From Candidatus Eiseniibacteriota bacterium (GTDB lineage: Bacteria; Eisenbacteria; RBG-16-71-46), in assembly GCA_963717505.1 (NCBI GenBank), contig OY970342.1, positions 672,001-736,000 of the forward strand: a DNA stretch of 64,000 bases. Reading direction: 5' to 3'. Every line of letters begins with the position of its first letter. Position 1 is the stretch's first letter. Below the pieces are notes generated by a model. That model did not search any database, was not told the origin of the DNA, and was given only the letters and a program-made list of their open reading frames with translations. The translations under genes were made by a program, and so were the position numbers. Shown here piece by piece: positions 49,294-59,072 of the stretch.

Positions 49294-49318
49294 TCCGCCA
49301 CGGAGTTCCGGTGGCGGA
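49294..49318. terminator. GC-rich hairpin between convergent chrA and the fdh operon
   Basis: TCCGCCAC/GTGGCGGA 8-bp stem just after the chrA stop; no clear U-tract. Confidence 0.45.
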
Positions 49319-49412
49319 ATCCGAGAGCACGTTACTGACGCTGAAGTAGGACTTGCGGACAGATGTTCGCGCCAATGGGCGACAGTCGGCAGAACGACCG
49401 GGGACGCGAGCG

Positions 49413-52253
49413 CTACTTGCGCTTCTGCACGAAGCGCCAACCGAAACGCCCCTTGATGCACAGGTTGCCGAGCGTAATGTCGTTGTCGAGCGGTGACGTA
49501 GCCTTGACGATGCTCCCGTCCTGCACGTGCAGCGTGAGCGTGCAGCCGACGCCGCAGTAGGGGCAGATGGTGTCGGTCGTGGTCTGCGCGGCCTCGTTCC
49601 ACGTGCCCTTCTCGCGCATCTCGTACTCGCCGCGATCCATGAGCGCACCCGTCGGGCACACGGCGATGCAATTGCCGCAATAGACGCACGCAGAATCGGT
49701 GAGCGGCACGTTCATTTCCGTCGAGATCCGCGCGTCGAAGCCGCGCCCGGCGACGGCGATGGCAAACGTGTTCTGGTGATCCTCGCCGCACGCCTCGACG
49801 CACTTGTAGCACAGCACGCACTTGCCGTAGTCGCGCACGTAGAGATCGTTGTCGATCTTGACCGGTTGGTGAACGGTCGCAGCACGGCCGAGAACGGGCG
49901 CCCCGTGATGGCCCACCGTTGAGCGATCGCGATCGGCGGCCGGCGCAGGCGGGCCGTAGCCCCGCGCGTCGGCGCCGTACTCCGCGATTTGTCGCTGCAG
50001 GTCTGGCGCAGTGGACAGGTCCACCGACGAAGCGAGCATCTCGAGCACCATGCGCCGCGAGCCAACCACGCGCTCGGAGCGGGTACGCACCACCATGCCC
50101 GGCTCGACGGCGCGCGAGCAGCTTGGCGCCAACACCCGGGCACCTTCGACCTCGACCACGCATAGCCGGCAGGCGTTTGCGGGTTTCAGCGTCTCGAGCC
50201 AGCACAGCGTCGGCACCTCGATGCCGAGCCCGCGGCACGCGTGCAGGATCGTCGTGCCCTCGTGCACCGCGGTGCGGCGGCCGTCGATTTCGAGCTCGAC
50301 CATGCCGGGCGCGGCAGCCGGGCGCGGGCCCGCGGGCTTGGGTGGCGCCGCGATGGTGGGCGGGTCGGCGGGTACTTCGCCGAACAGTCTCAGCCGGCGG
50401 ATCGCCGACTCGACGGCGGCATACGCCGTCTGGCCAAGACCACAGATCGAGGCGTCGCGCATCCCCGCGCCGACATGGTCGATCAGCACGAGCTCGGTGC
50501 TCGTGCCACCGCGCGGCTGACCCTCGATCAGCCGATGCAGTGCTTCTTCCTGCCGCACGGTGCCGACACGGCACGGCACGCACTGGCCGCACGATTCGTC
50601 GCGGAAGAAGGCGGCGATCCGCAGCACCATGTCCTTCATGTTGGTGCGGTCGTCGAACAGCATCACGACGCCCGAGCCGAGCGTGGCGTTGGCGGCGCGC
50701 GCGTCTTCGAGCGTGAGCCGCAGATCGACCTCGTCGGCGCGCAAGAACACACCCGCCGCGCCGCCGAGCAACACCGCCTGCAGCGCGTGGCCGTCCGGCA
50801 CGCCCCCCGCGCGCTCGATCAGCGCGCGCAACGTGGCGCCGTGCGGCAGCTCGTAAACGCCGGGCTTCGCGACGTGGCCGCTCACGCAGAAGAGACGCGC
50901 GCCCGTGGACTGCGGGGTGCCGGTGCCCGCGTAGGCCGCGCCGCCCTCGAGCACAATCGGCAGTACGTTGACCAGGGTTTCGACGTTGTTGACGACAGTC
51001 GGCCGCCCGAACAACCCGACCTGCACGGGAAACGGCGGCTTGCTGCGGGGCTCCCCGCGGTAGCCCTCGATCGACTCGAACAACGCGGTCTCCTCGCCAC
51101 AGATGTAGGCGCCGGCGCCGCGGCGGATCTCGAGATCGAACGTGAAGCTCGTGCCGAAGACGCGCGGGCCCAACAGGCCCGCCGCGCGAGCCTGATCGAT
51201 CGCGCCTTGCAGCCGCTCGTGCGCCAGCGGGTACTCGGCGCGCAGGTAGACGTAGCCTCGATCGCACCCCGCGGCGAATGCGGCGATCGTCATGGACTCG
51301 ACGATGGCGAACGGGTCGCCGCACATCAGCAGGCGGTCCTTGAACGTACCGGGCTCCGACTCGTCGGCGTTGCAGACAATGTATTTCGTTCCCGCCGGCT
51401 GCTCCCGCACCGCCTGCCACTTGCGCCCGGTCGGGAACGCCGCGCCGCCGCGCCCGGTGAGCTTCGACTCGACCACTTCCCGGATCACGGCGTCGGGACC
51501 CATCTCGAGCGCGCGGCCGAGCGCGCGGTAACCGCCGGCCCCGCGGTAGGCGTCGAGGCGCGTCGGATCGACGGCGCCAATCCGCGCGAGCAGCTTGAGC
51601 GACGGATCCCCGCGCTGGGGCAGCGCGGGCTCGGCCGCCGCGTCCGCTCCGGGCGCCGCGCCATCGAGCAGCGCGCGCAGATCCTTGGCGCTCGTCTCGC
51701 CGATCTGGCGCTCGAGCGGTGACGCACCGGCCTCGGTGACCAGCGCCGCGGGCGCGCGGTCGCAGAGACCGAGGCAGGGCGAGCGCATCCACGCCGGCTT
51801 CTCCGGATGATGGTGCACGTGATCGCCCGCGGGTGCGTGCGGCAACGGCGGCCCGACCTCGCGTTCGAGGCGCTCGCACAGCTCGCGACCGCCGCGAGCG
51901 CGGCAGGCGATATCGTCACACACGTGGACGACGCGCCGCGGCCGTGGTGAGGTGGCGAGCATCGCGTAGAACGTCGCGACCCCCCACGCCTCCGCCGGCG
52001 GCACGCCGAGCCGCTCGCAGACGTAATTCAGCCCGCCCTCGCTGATCCAGCCGACCCGAGCCTGCAGGGCCTGCAACGCCGGGAGCAGTTCGGTGCGCCG
52101 TTCGCGCTGCGCGCGGCCGCCGTGTGCCACGTGCGCGTCGCGGGCGCTGCCGCGTTCGCCGCCGTCCCATGCGGAGCGTGGCGCCCCGAGCACCCCGTCG
52201 ACCACCTCCCGCTCCTCGGCCGTGGCTTCGGCGTCGAGCAGGCGAACGTCCAT
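49413..52253 (-). CDS. Fused NuoE-NuoF-like diaphorase + 2Fe-2S + 2x4Fe-4S + molybdopterin-oxidoreductase Fe4S4 domain (FDH electron-transfer subunit)
   Basis: CDDIAC/CLGLC (NuoE); GRGGAAFP, NADESEPG, YICGEET, CGQCVPC (NuoF); PTLC..ACRLC; CVLCYKC, CVYCGNC; CPYCGVGC...LCIKG. Confidence 0.9.
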   Translation of the reverse strand: MDVRLLDAEATAEEREVVDGVLGAPRSAWDGGERGSARDAHVAHGGRAQRERRTELLPALQALQARVGWISEGGLNYVCERLGVPPAEAWGVATFYAMLATSPRPRRVVHVCDDIACRARGGRELCERLEREVGPPLPHAPAGDHVHHHPEKPAWMRSPCLGLCDRAPAALVTEAGASPLERQIGETSAKDLRALLDGAAPGADAAAEPALPQRGDPSLKLLARIGAVDPTRLDAYRGAGGYRALGRALEMGPDAVIREVVESKLTGRGGAAFPTGRKWQAVREQPAGTKYIVCNADESEPGTFKDRLLMCGDPFAIVESMTIAAFAAGCDRGYVYLRAEYPLAHERLQGAIDQARAAGLLGPRVFGTSFTFDLEIRRGAGAYICGEETALFESIEGYRGEPRSKPPFPVQVGLFGRPTVVNNVETLVNVLPIVLEGGAAYAGTGTPQSTGARLFCVSGHVAKPGVYELPHGATLRALIERAGGVPDGHALQAVLLGGAAGVFLRADEVDLRLTLEDARAANATLGSGVVMLFDDRTNMKDMVLRIAAFFRDESCGQCVPCRVGTVRQEEALHRLIEGQPRGGTSTELVLIDHVGAGMRDASICGLGQTAYAAVESAIRRLRLFGEVPADPPTIAAPPKPAGPRPAAAPGMVELEIDGRRTAVHEGTTILHACRGLGIEVPTLCWLETLKPANACRLCVVEVEGARVLAPSCSRAVEPGMVVRTRSERVVGSRRMVLEMLASSVDLSTAPDLQRQIAEYGADARGYGPPAPAADRDRSTVGHHGAPVLGRAATVHQPVKIDNDLYVRDYGKCVLCYKCVEACGEDHQNTFAIAVAGRGFDARISTEMNVPLTDSACVYCGNCIAVCPTGALMDRGEYEMREKGTWNEAAQTTTDTICPYCGVGCTLTLHVQDGSIVKATSPLDNDITLGNLCIKGRFGWRFVQKRK

Positions 52254-54190
52254 CAGCGCGTCGCCCGGCCGGCCAGCGTGGCGGCCGGCTCGACCTTCAC
52301 CGCGCAGGCCTTGAACTCCGCGGTGCCCGATAGCGGGTCGGTGGCGTCGATGGTGAGTTCGTTGGTCGCGACGTCGTCGGGAAAATGCAGGGTCATGAAC
52401 ACCACCCCCGCACGCAGCCCGACGTCGATCCGCACCGGCGCCGTGAGCGATCCCCGCCGCGACGAGACGCGCACCACGTCACCATCGGTAACGCCGAGAT
52501 GCCCGGCGTCCTCTGGGGAGATATCGAGCGTCTCGCCAAATCGCAGCGGCGAGGAGTAACCGGCGGTCTGGACACCGGTGTTGAACGATTCGAGCCGCCG
52601 CCCGGTGGTGAGCAGCAGCGGGTAGTCGTCGTCCGGCTGCTCGACCGGCCCCTCCTGGTGCACGACCGTGAACGGAGCCGCACGGCCGCCGCGCGGCGTC
52701 TCCCACAGGCGGCTGTGGAGGAACGGCGAGCCGGGATGGTTCTCATTCGGGCAGGGCCACTGGATGCCATCGAGCGCCTCCAGGCGCGCGTAGCTCATGC
52801 CGCCCGCGAAGTCTGGGGCGACCGCTCGGAATTCGTTCCATACGTCTTCGCCGGTCGGGTGACCGAACTCGACGCCCAGACGGCGTGCAATCTCGCACAG
52901 GATCCAGAGTTCGTCGCGCGCGCCCGCGGGCGGCTCGACCGCCTTGCGCACGCGCTGCACGCGACGCTCGCTGTTGGTGACCGTGCCCTCGGCCTCGCAC
53001 CACGAGGCCGCTGATGGCAGCACGACGTGTGCGAGCTGTGCGGTGCGGGTGAGGAAGAGCTCCTGCACGACCAGGTGGTCGAGGCCCTTGAGCAGCTTCT
53101 CGACGTGGCCCGAATCGGCGTCGGACTGAGCCGGGTTCTCGCCGATCACAAACAACGCCGTGAGGTCACCGCGGTCCATGGCGCGCAGCATTTCTGTGAG
53201 GTTCCAACCGACGTTGGGCTGGAGCTTCACGTTCCACGTCTTTTCGAACCTCGCGCGCACGACTGGATCCAGGATGTCCTGGAAGCCGGGAAGGCGGTTG
53301 GGGATCGCACCCATGTCCCCGCCACCCTGAACGTTGTTCTGGCCACGCAGGGGATTGCATCCCGAGCCCCACCGGCCGACGTGACCGGCGAGAAGAGAGA
53401 GGTTGATGAGCGCGAGCACGTTGTGCACGGCATCGTGATGCTCCGTGATCCCGAGCGTCCAGCAGATCATGGCCGTGTCGGCGCCCGCGTAGGTGTGCGC
53501 GGCCTCGCGGATCACGTCGGCGGGAATGCCGGTCAGGCGCTCGCCCTCCGCCAGCGTGTAGCGCTCGACCGCCTCACGGTACTCCTCGAAGCCCTCCGTG
53601 GCGCTGGCGATGAAGTCGCGGTGGTGGAGCCCGGCGTGGATGATCTCGCGCGCCATCGCGTTCGCGAGCGCGATGTCGCTGCCGACGTGCAAGCCAAGCC
53701 ACACGTCCGCCCACTGCGCGGATGTGGTGCGCCGCGGATCCATGACGTAGAGGCGCGTCCCGTTGTGGATCCCCTTGAGGAGATGGTGGAACCAGATCGG
53801 GTGCGCTTCGCGCGCGTTCGAGCCCCAGAGGAAGACAACGTCCGTCTCCTCCACCTCGCGGTAGGAGTTCGTGCCACCTCCCGCACCGAAGACCGTCGCC
53901 AGACCGACGACGCTAGGCGCGTGTCAAGTTCGGTTGCAGCTGTCGATGTTGTGCGTCCCGAACGCGACCCGGGCCAGCTTCTGCGCCACGAAGTTCATCT
54001 CGTTCGTGGACTTGGAGCAGCTGAATATCCCGAGCGCATTCGGGCCGCGCGCTTCGCGGTTCCGCCGAAAGCCTTCCGCCGCGCGATCGAGCGCCTCGTC
54101 CCAGGTGGCCGGACGAAGCACGCCGCCCTCGCGGACCAGTGGTTCGGTGAGCCGTTCGTAGGAGCGCGAATCCCTGCGTGCTGGCACCAT
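52253..54190 (-). CDS. fdhF: Selenocysteine-containing Mo/W-bis-PGD formate dehydrogenase-like catalytic subunit
   Basis: ORFs 53924-54445 and 52253-53854 are in the same frame, joined by TGA (53926-53924) in NIDSCNRT-U-HAPS, the FdhF Sec-His site. Also PLRGQNNVQG; GGAGG RBS before ATG 54190. Confidence 0.9.
53882..53923 (-). promoter_or_regulatory. Bacterial SECIS element
   Basis: 11 nt after the UGA: stem CGUCGUC / loop GGUCU / GGCGACG, plus lower pairing CGCGCC/GGUGCG. Resembles the fdhF SECIS. Confidence 0.8.
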
Positions 54191-54318
54191 GCACCTCCCC
54201 GAATGTGATGCGTGATGCGGTTGAGCATCGCGCAGCGGGCAGGGAGAGGCAAGCCCCACGGAGTCCCCCACGGCATAGGGGATGGACTCCCCTGATCCGA
54301 TCCGTGACAATGGGGACC

Positions 54319-55332
54319 ATGATCGAACGCACGATTGGCTCCACCGGTCCCCGCGTGTCGGCGGTCGGCCTGGGTTGCATGGGGATGTCCGACCTCTATG
54401 GCCCGGCCGACGAAGGCGAGAGCATCGCGACGGTGCGCGCGGCACTCGACGCCGGGATCACGCTGCTCGACACCGGCGACTACTACGGCATGGGTCACAA
54501 TGAGCTGCTGCTACGCGACGCGCTCAAGGGCCGCGGCCGAGATCGGGTCGTCCTCAGCGTCAAGTTCGGCGCGCTGCGCGACGCGGAAGGCGCGTGGCTC
54601 GGGTTCGACGGACGCCCGCAAGCGGTGAAGAACTTCCTGGCCTACTCGCTGCGCCGACTCGGAACCGACTACATCGACATCTACCGTCCCGGCCGGCTGG
54701 ACCCGTCGGTGCCCATCGAAGACACCGTCGGCGCGATCGCGGAACTAGTGAAGGCCGGCCACGTGAGGCATGTGGGGCTGTCGGAGGTCGGCGCCAGCAC
54801 GTTGCGGCGTGCGCGAACCGTCCACCCCATCTGCGACCTTCAGATCGAATACTCGTTGCTGTCGCGAAGCATCGAGGCCGAGATCCTGCCGACCTGCCGG
54901 ACGCTCGGGATTGGGGTCACCGCCTATGGCGTGCTATCCAGGGGTCTGCTCAGCGGCCACTGGGCGAAGGATCGCGTGCTGACCAAGGGAGATTTTCGCG
55001 GATTCGCCCCGCGATTCAGCGGTGAGAACCTCGAGCGCAACCTCTCGCTGGTGGATGCACTGCGGGACATCGCAAACCAGAAGAAGCTGACGGTGGCTCA
55101 GGTGGCGATCGCCTGGGTGCTCTCCCGCGGTCCCGACATCGTGGCCCTGATCGGAGCCCGCCGACGCGACCGGCTCACCGAGGCCCTGGCGGCCGTCGAC
55201 GCGACTCTGACTCCCGAGGATCTCGGTCGTATCGAGCAGACCGTGCCGCTGGGCGCCGTCTCGGGAGAGCGCTACCCCGCGCCCGTGCTCGCCCACATGG
55301 ACAGCGAGCGGGTCGGATCCGGTCCAACGTAA
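54319..55332 (+). CDS. Aldo/keto reductase
   Basis: GLGCMGMS, DTGDYYG, SLRRLGTDYID, GLSE, QIEYSLL. Confidence 0.93.
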   Translation: MIERTIGSTGPRVSAVGLGCMGMSDLYGPADEGESIATVRAALDAGITLLDTGDYYGMGHNELLLRDALKGRGRDRVVLSVKFGALRDAEGAWLGFDGRPQAVKNFLAYSLRRLGTDYIDIYRPGRLDPSVPIEDTVGAIAELVKAGHVRHVGLSEVGASTLRRARTVHPICDLQIEYSLLSRSIEAEILPTCRTLGIGVTAYGVLSRGLLSGHWAKDRVLTKGDFRGFAPRFSGENLERNLSLVDALRDIANQKKLTVAQVAIAWVLSRGPDIVALIGARRRDRLTEALAAVDATLTPEDLGRIEQTVPLGAVSGERYPAPVLAHMDSERVGSGPT

Positions 55333-55355
55333 CGCCTGGAAATCAGCGCCGCGTT

Positions 55356-55778
55356 CTACGTCCCCGGCTTCTTCGCCTTGGTGTGCTCGAATACCCGGTA
55401 CTCGCCGTCGCCGGTGACCCGCACACCCATGTCCTCGCGCGGCGCCGCGCCTTCCGGAACCACGGTCAGGATGATGTTGCCCTCGTCGTCGGTTTCCTTC
55501 GTCGCGCCGGGCAGGGCCTGTTCGTAGAAGGCTGCGATTTCGGCTTTGGTCCCCTCGGCCTTGCACCACCAGGTCATGCCATAGAGATAGGAGTCGGGCT
55601 CGTCACCCCAGCCCTCGTGCCCCATGGCGTCTTCGATCTTGGTGCCGGGGTACAGGGGGATCTTGGTGGCGTAGACGGCGTACTGCGCGGCCTCCGCGTC
55701 CCACTTGGTCTGCGATGCGCCGCAGCCGACCACGGCCAGCGCGGCGATAACGATGACAGCCGGAACGAAGTTCTTCAT
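55356..55778 (-). CDS. Hypothetical lipoprotein
   Basis: GGAGG RBS; lipobox VVGC; IPLYPG motif. Confidence 0.65.
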   Translation of the reverse strand: MKNFVPAVIVIAALAVVGCGASQTKWDAEAAQYAVYATKIPLYPGTKIEDAMGHEGWGDEPDSYLYGMTWWCKAEGTKAEIAAFYEQALPGATKETDDEGNIILTVVPEGAAPREDMGVRVTGDGEYRVFEHTKAKKPGT

Positions 55779-55980
55779 TGCGGTCCTCCGTGTGGCCACC
55801 CACGGTCATCGAGGGTCGGGGTCTAAGTCCTATCGGCATTCCCGCCCACGGGCTTGACGGGCCGGGGGCGCCCGGTGGTCGTGGCGGAGGCAGGGCGATA
55901 CGGCTCGCGGCGGCATCCGGAACCGGTGTAGCCTCGGGCTCGTTCGTGTGTCCGCCCCCACTCAACGAAGGACAAGACCC

Positions 55981-57753
55981 ATGACGCCAGGACGAGCTTC
56001 GATCGCCATGACCTGCATGTTCCTTCTCTCACTCGTGACTTCGGCCGCCGGCGCCACCGCCGACCAGCAGTTCGAGGCCCTGGCCAAACGCTACGTCGAC
56101 GAGTTCCCGGCGCTGAATCCGGTGGCCGCCACGGAACTGGGGGACCATCGGTTCGACGGCAAACTGAACCAGGTCAGCACCAAGGCGCGAAAGCAGCAGG
56201 CGGACTTCTATCGTCGCTACCAGAAGGACCTCGCGAAGATCGACCGCGCCGCGCTGTCGCGCGCCAATCAAATCGACGCCGCGCTGCTGGCGCATTCGCT
56301 AGAAGCCGGGATCTTCCGGCTCGAGGTGTTGCAGGAGTGGGCCTGGAATCCTCTGACCTACACGCAGCTGGCCGGAAACGCGGTGTATTCGCTGACCGCT
56401 CGCGAATTCGCCCCGCTGCCCGACCGCCTGCACAACGTGACCCTGCGCCTCGAGCAGTTGCCGAAGCTGCTCGAACAGGTACGCGCGACGCTTCAGCCGG
56501 CGCGCGTGCCCGAGATCCACGCTCAGACCGCGGTGCGCCAGAACCGCGGCGTCCTTTCCACGATCAAGGAAATGGTCGAACCCAACCTCGGCTCATTGCC
56601 CGAAGCGGACCAGAAGAAACTCGCGGTGGCCATCGCGTCGGCGCGCGAAGCGGTGGAGGCCCACCAGAAGTGGCTCGAAACCGAACTGCTGCCCAACGCC
56701 AAGGGCGACTTCCGCATCGGCCAGAAGATGTTCGACCGCAAGCTTGCGGCCACCTTCCACACGCCGCTCACCCGCCAGGACATTCGCGAGCGCGCCGAGC
56801 GGGAATTCACACGCGTGCGCCAGGAGATGTACGCGACCTCCGTCGAGATCTACAAGAAGGCGCATCCCATGACGGAGTTCCCGGCAGAGCCCGACGAGGC
56901 GTTCCGGCAGGCGATCATCCGCGCGGCGATCGAGCAGGCCTGCAAGAAGCTGCCCGGTCGCAACGACATCGTGACCACTGCCAAGGCGCAGCTCGAGCAA
57001 GCCACGAAGTTCGTCCGCGAGAAGGACTTCGTCACCGTGCCCGACGATCCGATCGACATCATCGTCATGCCCGAGTTCCAGCGTGGGGTGGCGATCGCCT
57101 ACTGCGACTCACCCGGCCCGCTCGACGTCGGACAGAAGACCTTTTACGCGGTGGCGCCGCTGCCCGACGACTGGACCGAGCAGCAGGTCGAATCGTTCCT
57201 GCGCGAATACAACCTGTTCTCGCTTCAAGATTTGACCATCCACGAGGCGATGCCCGGCCACTTCCTGCAGTTGGCGCACTCCAATCGCTATCCGTCGACC
57301 CTGCGCGCGGTGCTCTCGTCCGGTCCGTTCGTCGAGGGCTGGGCGGTATACGCCGAGAAGGTCATGGTCGAGCAGGGTTACCTCGACGGCGACCCGCTGC
57401 TCAAGCTGGTCAACCTCAAGTGGCTGCTGCGGGTGATCACCAACTCGATGATCGACCAGGCGATCCACGTCGACGGGATGACGAAGGACCAGGCCATGAA
57501 ACTTATGGTCGAGGGCGGTTTCCAGGAGGAGCGTGAGGCGGCGCTCAAGTGGGTGCGCGCGCAGCTAACCTCGACCCAGCTATCGACCTACTTCATTGGC
57601 TACCAGGAACACAGCGACTTACGGGCGGCGGTGACGGAAAAGCGGGGCAGTAGCTTCGCGCTCAAGGCGTTCCACGATGAGCTGCTGTCGTATGGCTCGC
57701 CGCCAGTCCAGTTCGTGCGCGCGTTGATGCTCGACCAGCCGATCCCGGAGTAG
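55981..57753 (+). CDS. DUF885 domain protein (putative secreted metallopeptidase)
   Basis: P..AT.LGDH..D, HEAMPGH.LQ, FVEGWAVYAE, Q.STY..G, FHD.LL..G. Confidence 0.88.
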   Translation: MTPGRASIAMTCMFLLSLVTSAAGATADQQFEALAKRYVDEFPALNPVAATELGDHRFDGKLNQVSTKARKQQADFYRRYQKDLAKIDRAALSRANQIDAALLAHSLEAGIFRLEVLQEWAWNPLTYTQLAGNAVYSLTAREFAPLPDRLHNVTLRLEQLPKLLEQVRATLQPARVPEIHAQTAVRQNRGVLSTIKEMVEPNLGSLPEADQKKLAVAIASAREAVEAHQKWLETELLPNAKGDFRIGQKMFDRKLAATFHTPLTRQDIRERAEREFTRVRQEMYATSVEIYKKAHPMTEFPAEPDEAFRQAIIRAAIEQACKKLPGRNDIVTTAKAQLEQATKFVREKDFVTVPDDPIDIIVMPEFQRGVAIAYCDSPGPLDVGQKTFYAVAPLPDDWTEQQVESFLREYNLFSLQDLTIHEAMPGHFLQLAHSNRYPSTLRAVLSSGPFVEGWAVYAEKVMVEQGYLDGDPLLKLVNLKWLLRVITNSMIDQAIHVDGMTKDQAMKLMVEGGFQEEREAALKWVRAQLTSTQLSTYFIGYQEHSDLRAAVTEKRGSSFALKAFHDELLSYGSPPVQFVRALMLDQPIPE

Positions 57754-57777
57754 GGATCATCAGGGAGCGACCTTCAC

Positions 57778-58455
57778 TCAACGAGCTTTGTCGTCGAGCC
57801 GGGTGACCGCGACGTTGTCGTAGTAGACGGTGCACTTCGCGCTGCCGCCGGTATAGGCGGCCAGCGCGATCCCGCCGTTGTCGCGATCGCCGTCCTCGAC
57901 CTCGAGCACCTGCTTGCGGTTCACGAACACGCGGTAGCGCGTGCCCTGGACCTCGACCCGGATGTGGTGCCACTTGCCGTTCGGATTCTGCACCGAGGCC
58001 TTACCGAGTTGCGACATCCCGCGATGCACCACGAGGTCGTCGTAGCCGGGACCGCGTAGGTCGATGCCGATTCCCTCGTCACCCTGCACGCGAACGGCGA
58101 CCCCTTTGTCGACGCCCCGCGTCATGCACACGTCGAGATCCACCGCGTAGTCGGTCCAGTCAGGATCGCCTGCGTGTAGAAACGACTTCTGTTGTTTCTT
58201 GTCCGGGAGCCGGGCGCGCAGCATCCCGTTCTTCACGGTCCAGACTCCCTGCTGGTCCGGCTTCCATCCCGAGAGACCGGACTTCGAGAAGTCGTCGGTC
58301 CACAGCGCGTTCTTGGGCTTCTCGAATCGCGGAGATTCTCTTACCGTGGCCCCCGCCGTTCCGTCCTTCGATGGCCGCGGGTCGACCCACAGAATCCAGG
58401 CGACTACGGCTGCTGCGGTGGCGAGCACGAGTCCGAGTCGAAGACGAGGCGTCAT
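57778..58455 (-). CDS. DUF1080/LamG-like beta-jelly-roll protein, membrane-anchored
   Basis: N-terminal TM; DDF....L.GW...G.W.V.NG, W.HIRVEV.G....VFVN, YDNV.V. Confidence 0.65.
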   Translation of the reverse strand: MTPRLRLGLVLATAAAVVAWILWVDPRPSKDGTAGATVRESPRFEKPKNALWTDDFSKSGLSGWKPDQQGVWTVKNGMLRARLPDKKQQKSFLHAGDPDWTDYAVDLDVCMTRGVDKGVAVRVQGDEGIGIDLRGPGYDDLVVHRGMSQLGKASVQNPNGKWHHIRVEVQGTRYRVFVNRKQVLEVEDGDRDNGGIALAAYTGGSAKCTVYYDNVAVTRLDDKAR

Positions 58456-58550
58456 CTGCGCATCATAGCCCTTTGGCATTCGAGGCTCAGAGCCGATAAC
58501 CCGAACGGTCATCTGGCTTCCGCCGGACCGCCCGTTCGCCGCCCTCGAGG

Positions 58551-59069
58551 ATGTCCATGAAGGACGCACTTCCCTATGCGTTCGATACCACGCGTGTCGT
58601 GCGCCTGATCCTTCGCGGGGTCCTCGGCTTCGAGATCGTCATGATTGCGGGCATCGTCTATGCGCTGGCCGCGGGGCGTGGGCTCATGGTGATTGCGTTC
58701 CTGATCGTGTGCGGCTCATTCATGCTGGCATTCGGCTGGATCGTGATGCGGTTCCTGGATGCGACCTCGGGGACGATCACCCACGAGTCCGTTATCGTCG
58801 AGCCCATGAACTTCTGCGGGATCCGCCTGCCCGGGCCGCAAGGCACCCTTCCGATCGGTTCCTTCCAAGGGATTCGGGTCGAGCGCGTGTCGGGGAGGAT
58901 CGACACGGCGAATCCGACGGGGCCGAGCACGCGCGTCTACTTGATTGGCCGGAATGGAACGTCAGATCTTTTGATCGCGCGCGCGAGTGTCGAGGAAGGA
59001 TCGGCGCTCGGACAGGATCTCGGCGCCGCGCTTCGCCTGCCGCGCATCGATTCCTCCTCCCCGTACTGA
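58551..59069 (+). CDS. Hypothetical membrane protein (2 TM + PH-like domain)
   Basis: Two hydrophobic helices followed by a beta-rich region. Confidence 0.55.
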   Translation: MSMKDALPYAFDTTRVVRLILRGVLGFEIVMIAGIVYALAAGRGLMVIAFLIVCGSFMLAFGWIVMRFLDATSGTITHESVIVEPMNFCGIRLPGPQGTLPIGSFQGIRVERVSGRIDTANPTGPSTRVYLIGRNGTSDLLIARASVEEGSALGQDLGAALRLPRIDSSSPY

Positions 59070-59072
59070 GCC

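Noticed and set aside
49129-51879. Long alternative-frame ORFs (this 916-aa one, also 29357-31276, 12750-14513, 2738-4015 and the 5' extension of 16306-18318)
   Set aside because: They overlap well-supported genes, show no family motifs, and are mostly Arg/Ala/Pro-rich shadow frames expected in high-GC DNA.
53924-53926. Nonsense mutation making fdh a pseudogene
   Set aside because: The TGA is exactly at the Sec/Cys ligand position and is followed by a SECIS-like hairpin.
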